Below, piece by piece: positions 46,416 through 50,299 of a stretch of DNA of 50,299 nucleotides. Source of the DNA: Perkinsus olseni (lineage: Eukaryota); contig JABANN010000230.1 in assembly GCA_013115125.1 (NCBI GenBank), positions 1 through 50,299 on the forward strand. The letters are read 5' to 3'. Numbering within the stretch: position 1 is the stretch's first letter; the number at the start of each line of letters is the position of its first letter. Both the position numbers and the translations under genes were made by a program. The notes beneath the pieces were generated by a model. The model searched no databases. It was not told the origin of the DNA and was given only the letters and a program-made list of their open reading frames with translations.

Positions 46416-49400
46416 TCAATACATGTTTTTACTATCTCCACCAAAGATACCTTGATAGACTACGTTAACCTCATCCGTTGATGGCCACCTTCGAGCTAAG
46501 ATACGCTATGGTTTGAGAGAGGAGCTGAACGCAACACGGCAGGCTGACGTGAATGGCTTCAGCCAGTAAGTGTGTCAATGAGAAATGCTCTCGCGAGTTA
46601 AAATGGAACAAATACGTGTTTCAAATGTAACTTAGAAAAAATCAGATAACAACAGAATCTACTTCAATGCCATGCTCATCGACAGCGACGAGTGAAACGC
46701 TTCCTTCCACACTGAGATCGATCTTGGCTATCCACACGTGATTGACGGTACCTGACACGCGCGAGCAAGTTGCTATTGAAATGCAGAAATTTGCGATTTA
46801 CGATGAAGGGAAATTGTCGAGGAGTATCGTGGTTTACGGTACAGCCGCGCGAGGGTAAGAACCCAAAGGCCGACGTGTGAAATTGACGATGTGATACAGG
46901 AGGGCTCTCGCCTTACCCAGCTTAGCGAAGCGTTGATCATCCCGAGCGAGGGCGTCTTCAGATGGACTGTCGTTGGGAGACACACCCCATTTGCCATCGC
47001 CAACAAATCTGATCAACAAACATCACTAGATCGCAACGAGGACCTCCAAGCTCTTACACTGTACTGAACCCGCTGCTGCTTGCATTCGTCGCCACCTTGC
47101 CGTCCCTTAACGGATGTGTTCGTTTGAAGGCGTGGACGTGGTGTTCGAAGGCCACCGTGATGTTAATTCTGAAGCGCACAAGTTGTTTGCCGATGCGGCA
47201 TCTCAGAATGAGAAATGATCTTCGCGCCGTCTTTACGATGAGGAGAAAAGTGAGAGCTCAAGAAAAATGAGAAAGTAGTACAGTGAGACAAGCATCGATT
47301 ATGATACTAACCGACTTTGCAAAGAGATCCCTCTCCCAAACCTCCCTCAGTCGGGTACTCTGGGCCCATATCCCCGGTGAGGATAGACCAGGATACATCG
47401 GCATCTGAACGAGACGATCATGCTACGAGAGAATCTTAGGTTGAAGCTTGACGGACATGGTAAACCGCCATGTGGCGTCTTGGATGCGGTTCTAGTCCGC
47501 CGACACGGTAGTACGCGACCGGTATCCAGTCTGCAGTGCTCTTGGCTGGCTCACCGTAGTCAGAGTCGAGCGCCCAGAGAAATGTGGTATGACCGAGCAC
47601 GTGTAACTGAGGGAAGGGCGGCAGCGAGTGAGAAAGATTCTTGAAAACGGCAAGGGTACCGCACAGAGAAGATTCCTGAGCAGTTAAATAGAAACCGGTA
47701 ACGCGACAGAACGGGTAGCCTGGCGAGAGGGAACAGGGAATCCCCGAGGAAGGCGAGTTTCAGGAGCAGCAGCAGCGGTGGTGGCATGAGAGTGATGATA
47801 CTCTTCCGTGCAGAGCGAGCATGAGAGAACAGTCGGATGTGCAAAAAGCTAGAACTCACGTGATTGTTCGATCGTCGACATATTTCGGGTACTTCACCAT
47901 CATGGACCTCAAATGCGAAATATCCAAAATACAGAGGTCGAAGCTTGCGCATGACGCTCCTAAAAGATATGCTGCGACCAAAGATATCTTTCGAACCGCT
48001 TACATGTCACAATCGTGAGGATTGTATCGCTGCTTAGAGGGCTGTGCCTGAGCGCACAAGCCATGGAAAAAGCGATTCGAAACATGGCAGGGGAAGTCTG
48101 CCTTACGTTGACACCAAGGTCGTGGTTGCCCGTAGTAAAAATTAGGGGAATCATGTACCCTTGAGAGTCATTCAGGCCGGTCGAAGACGACGTATCTTTC
48201 GGTTTCACGCGTATCTTGTCCCAGTTGCTCAGGAACTTATCCCAGATACAAGCACAGCCAATCAGCGAGTTGTCGTAGCTCACGTCTCCAGCAAAAACCT
48301 GAGAAAAAATCAACGAAAAAAGGCGGAGCGACGCGGATGGTATTCGCTGCAGTACCGCAGCATATGGATCGTATTTGGCCACCTGCTCGCTCACTCGCTG
48401 GCCCAGATCGTTGGCGCCCGCATCGCCGCCAACAGCAATGGTCACTTGACCTGACGTAAATACAATATAGTACGGGAAATCTTGCTCATCTTGCATACAC
48501 TTGCTAATCCCATACACAATGCGACGCATCTTCATACGGCATCCAAGTTTGATTGAGTAAGACTTTCCACGGGGTAAATAATTAACAATACACTCGACCG
48601 ATTTATCAACACCAAGGGCACGCGCTAGTCGAAACGCTGAATGGGGTGGCCTCCTCCCCTCGTAGCACCCTACCACTGAGCGGGACCGTCCGGAATCTTC
48701 TCACATCACTGACGATCTTATCATCAGCCAGAATCCAAAACTCTACGACGGCCCCGGGAGTCAAGCCATTGACGTAGGCTGCATGGACGTCTCGCGAGTA
48801 ATCACCGGGGACCTGAATCACAGAATCTTAAACTTAAAACAGCGCCCAACTGCGCGTAGTAGAAGTGGTAAGGAGAGATACTGTCGACTGATGATGTATC
48901 AGAAGGCCCGATAAAGGTTTCCCCACACCTCTCATCAAACTTTAATGTTGAATTTCTCAGCACAAGACAATTCGCTTGCTGAGGTAGGGTGCACGTCCGT
49001 GCTAGTTTGATACCACTCCTTCCACAACTTCTCATACAGCTCTGATGTTCAATGTCTCGTAAACCACAGAGTTGATGGGGAATTTTTACGAACGCATAAC
49101 GAGGTTTCAGAGATATGCATGCCAAGTATCCCTTCAGCTAGCTCAGCCATCACGACAACAAAGGCTCGGCGGGCAATGGCAAACTCTTCGCAGTGCATTG
49201 GCGAACTCTCACAGGAGAGGTGGGTTCTCCCCAAAACGTGGTTTTGTCAGGAAGTGCAGTAAGAAAGAACAGCAGCCTCTGTGTAGCCAAAAGTACTCGA
49301 ACTTGGTTGGGTCGTCATGGTTACGGACATGTGATAGAGCCATAACCATCACCAGGGATTCCCAACCTGCTGTCGAACCGGTTACACTCAGAAGGTGCGA

Positions 49401-50184
49401 CTAGGTTAACAGCTGGAGGCGGTGTTCGGTGGACGGAAATGAAGATTGCGCCAGACTTATGATGCAGGCAAGAAACAGCACCTCCCCGACTCACACTGAA
49501 CTTCTGCGGCACGACCCCGCGTTCGCTCCGCTGGCCGCCGCTCTCTCGGTACACGAAAACGACTTTTCGAGACTCGTCCGCTGAGAAATGGGCCTGCGAA
49601 GGGAACGGGTAGAACTGATCACTAAGTATGGTACAAGTACAAACTGAGAAGATGTCTCCTCGGAGATCGCTCACAAAGACCAGCGAGTATGCGCGCGCAC
49701 GCGTGACACCAAAGATGATGGTGTCTTTAGAGGAAAGCTCATTGGCATCTTGCACTCTGGCTAGTGACAGAGAGCTTACATTGATGATGATCTCACTGGA
49801 CAGGTTGTTAGCGGCAGTGAGATATATTTGACAAGGGCCATCGATGCTGTCGGGTTCACAGGGACGGTGACTGAACGTCAAGGCTCTGGTGAGGCGAGTA
49901 GACCATTGATAGTTCGACGGCCACGCCACCTGAGAAAACAGGAGCTCATGTCTTAATGAGGATGCTGCTGGTCCGAGGATTCTGTTCGCGCGGCACTCCA
50001 ACAGCGGCTTCCCCCTCGCCGAGCGGATATTCAGGGTATCTCCGTTGGTGAAACACGGTGATTGACTATACGAGAATCGGGGGTACCATCAGCAGGTGAG
50101 CGTCTAGTATCCCTTTAAGGGGCTCACAGCTCCCTAGCATGCATCCGGGCTCAAATAAGAGGCGATATACTGTAGGACCTCCAT
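46416..50184 (-). CDS. Purple acid phosphatase-like metallophosphoesterase with FN3-type N-terminal domain, multi-exon
   Basis: PCQIYLT, VHAAYVNGLTPG, FRTVP, GGDAG, FAGDVSYD, GNHD, AFEHHVHAFKRT and FVGDGKWG. First exon uncertain: the candidate ATG at 50184 meets a TAG. Confidence 0.88.
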
Positions 50185-50222
50185 TATTAAAGGTTTGCGG
50201 AGCCACAGGAATGTTACATTCC

Positions 50223-50299
50223 TAACGGCGTAACCAGGGGGGGGCAAAGGGGGGCACCTGCCCCCCTTTCTGACCGACCGGCCCCACCAGCTGCCCCAG
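50223..50299. mobile_element. Possible terminus of a TIR (hAT-like) DNA transposon
   Basis: GGCGTAACCAGGGGGGGGCAAAGGGGGGCACCTGCCCCCC is a G/C-run architecture typical of hAT-type ends. The partner end would lie outside the window. Confidence 0.35.

Noticed and set aside
41491-50184. Phosphatase-phospholipase B fusion gene
   Set aside because: PLB has its own ATG and signal peptide at 46376.

Overview
Eukaryotic genomic DNA of roughly 50% GC with many short (mostly ~45-100 nt) GT-AG introns. It is most likely a Perkinsus-type alveolate; this is inferred from gene architecture, a PxGxY-repeat protein and a GK-rich retroelement, and is not proven. The first ~11 kb is transposon debris: a young, internally deleted LTR retrotransposon (identical 135-bp LTRs, CATAT target duplication) nested in a LINE RNase H remnant, a second decayed LINE, degenerate tRNA copies and a zinc-finger pseudogene. 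The rest holds densely packed multi-exon genes: a MATH-domain protein, a Cys-rich/Q-P-rich protein, a GNAT acetyltransferase, an FkbM-like methyltransferase, trehalose-6-phosphate synthase/phosphatase, a phospholipase B-like protein and a purple-acid-phosphatase-like protein. A MITE is also present. The most unusual signal is in the introns, which appear to be built from captured genomic snippets. About ten introns contain decayed tRNA-gene pieces in either orientation, some apparently supplying the donor site and pyrimidine tract. Four introns share a 15-19 nt motif, and one carries a 65-bp exon/intron junction copied from the TPS gene. Perfect palindromes with a 1-nt centre also recur. Exon boundaries were read by eye and are approximate.
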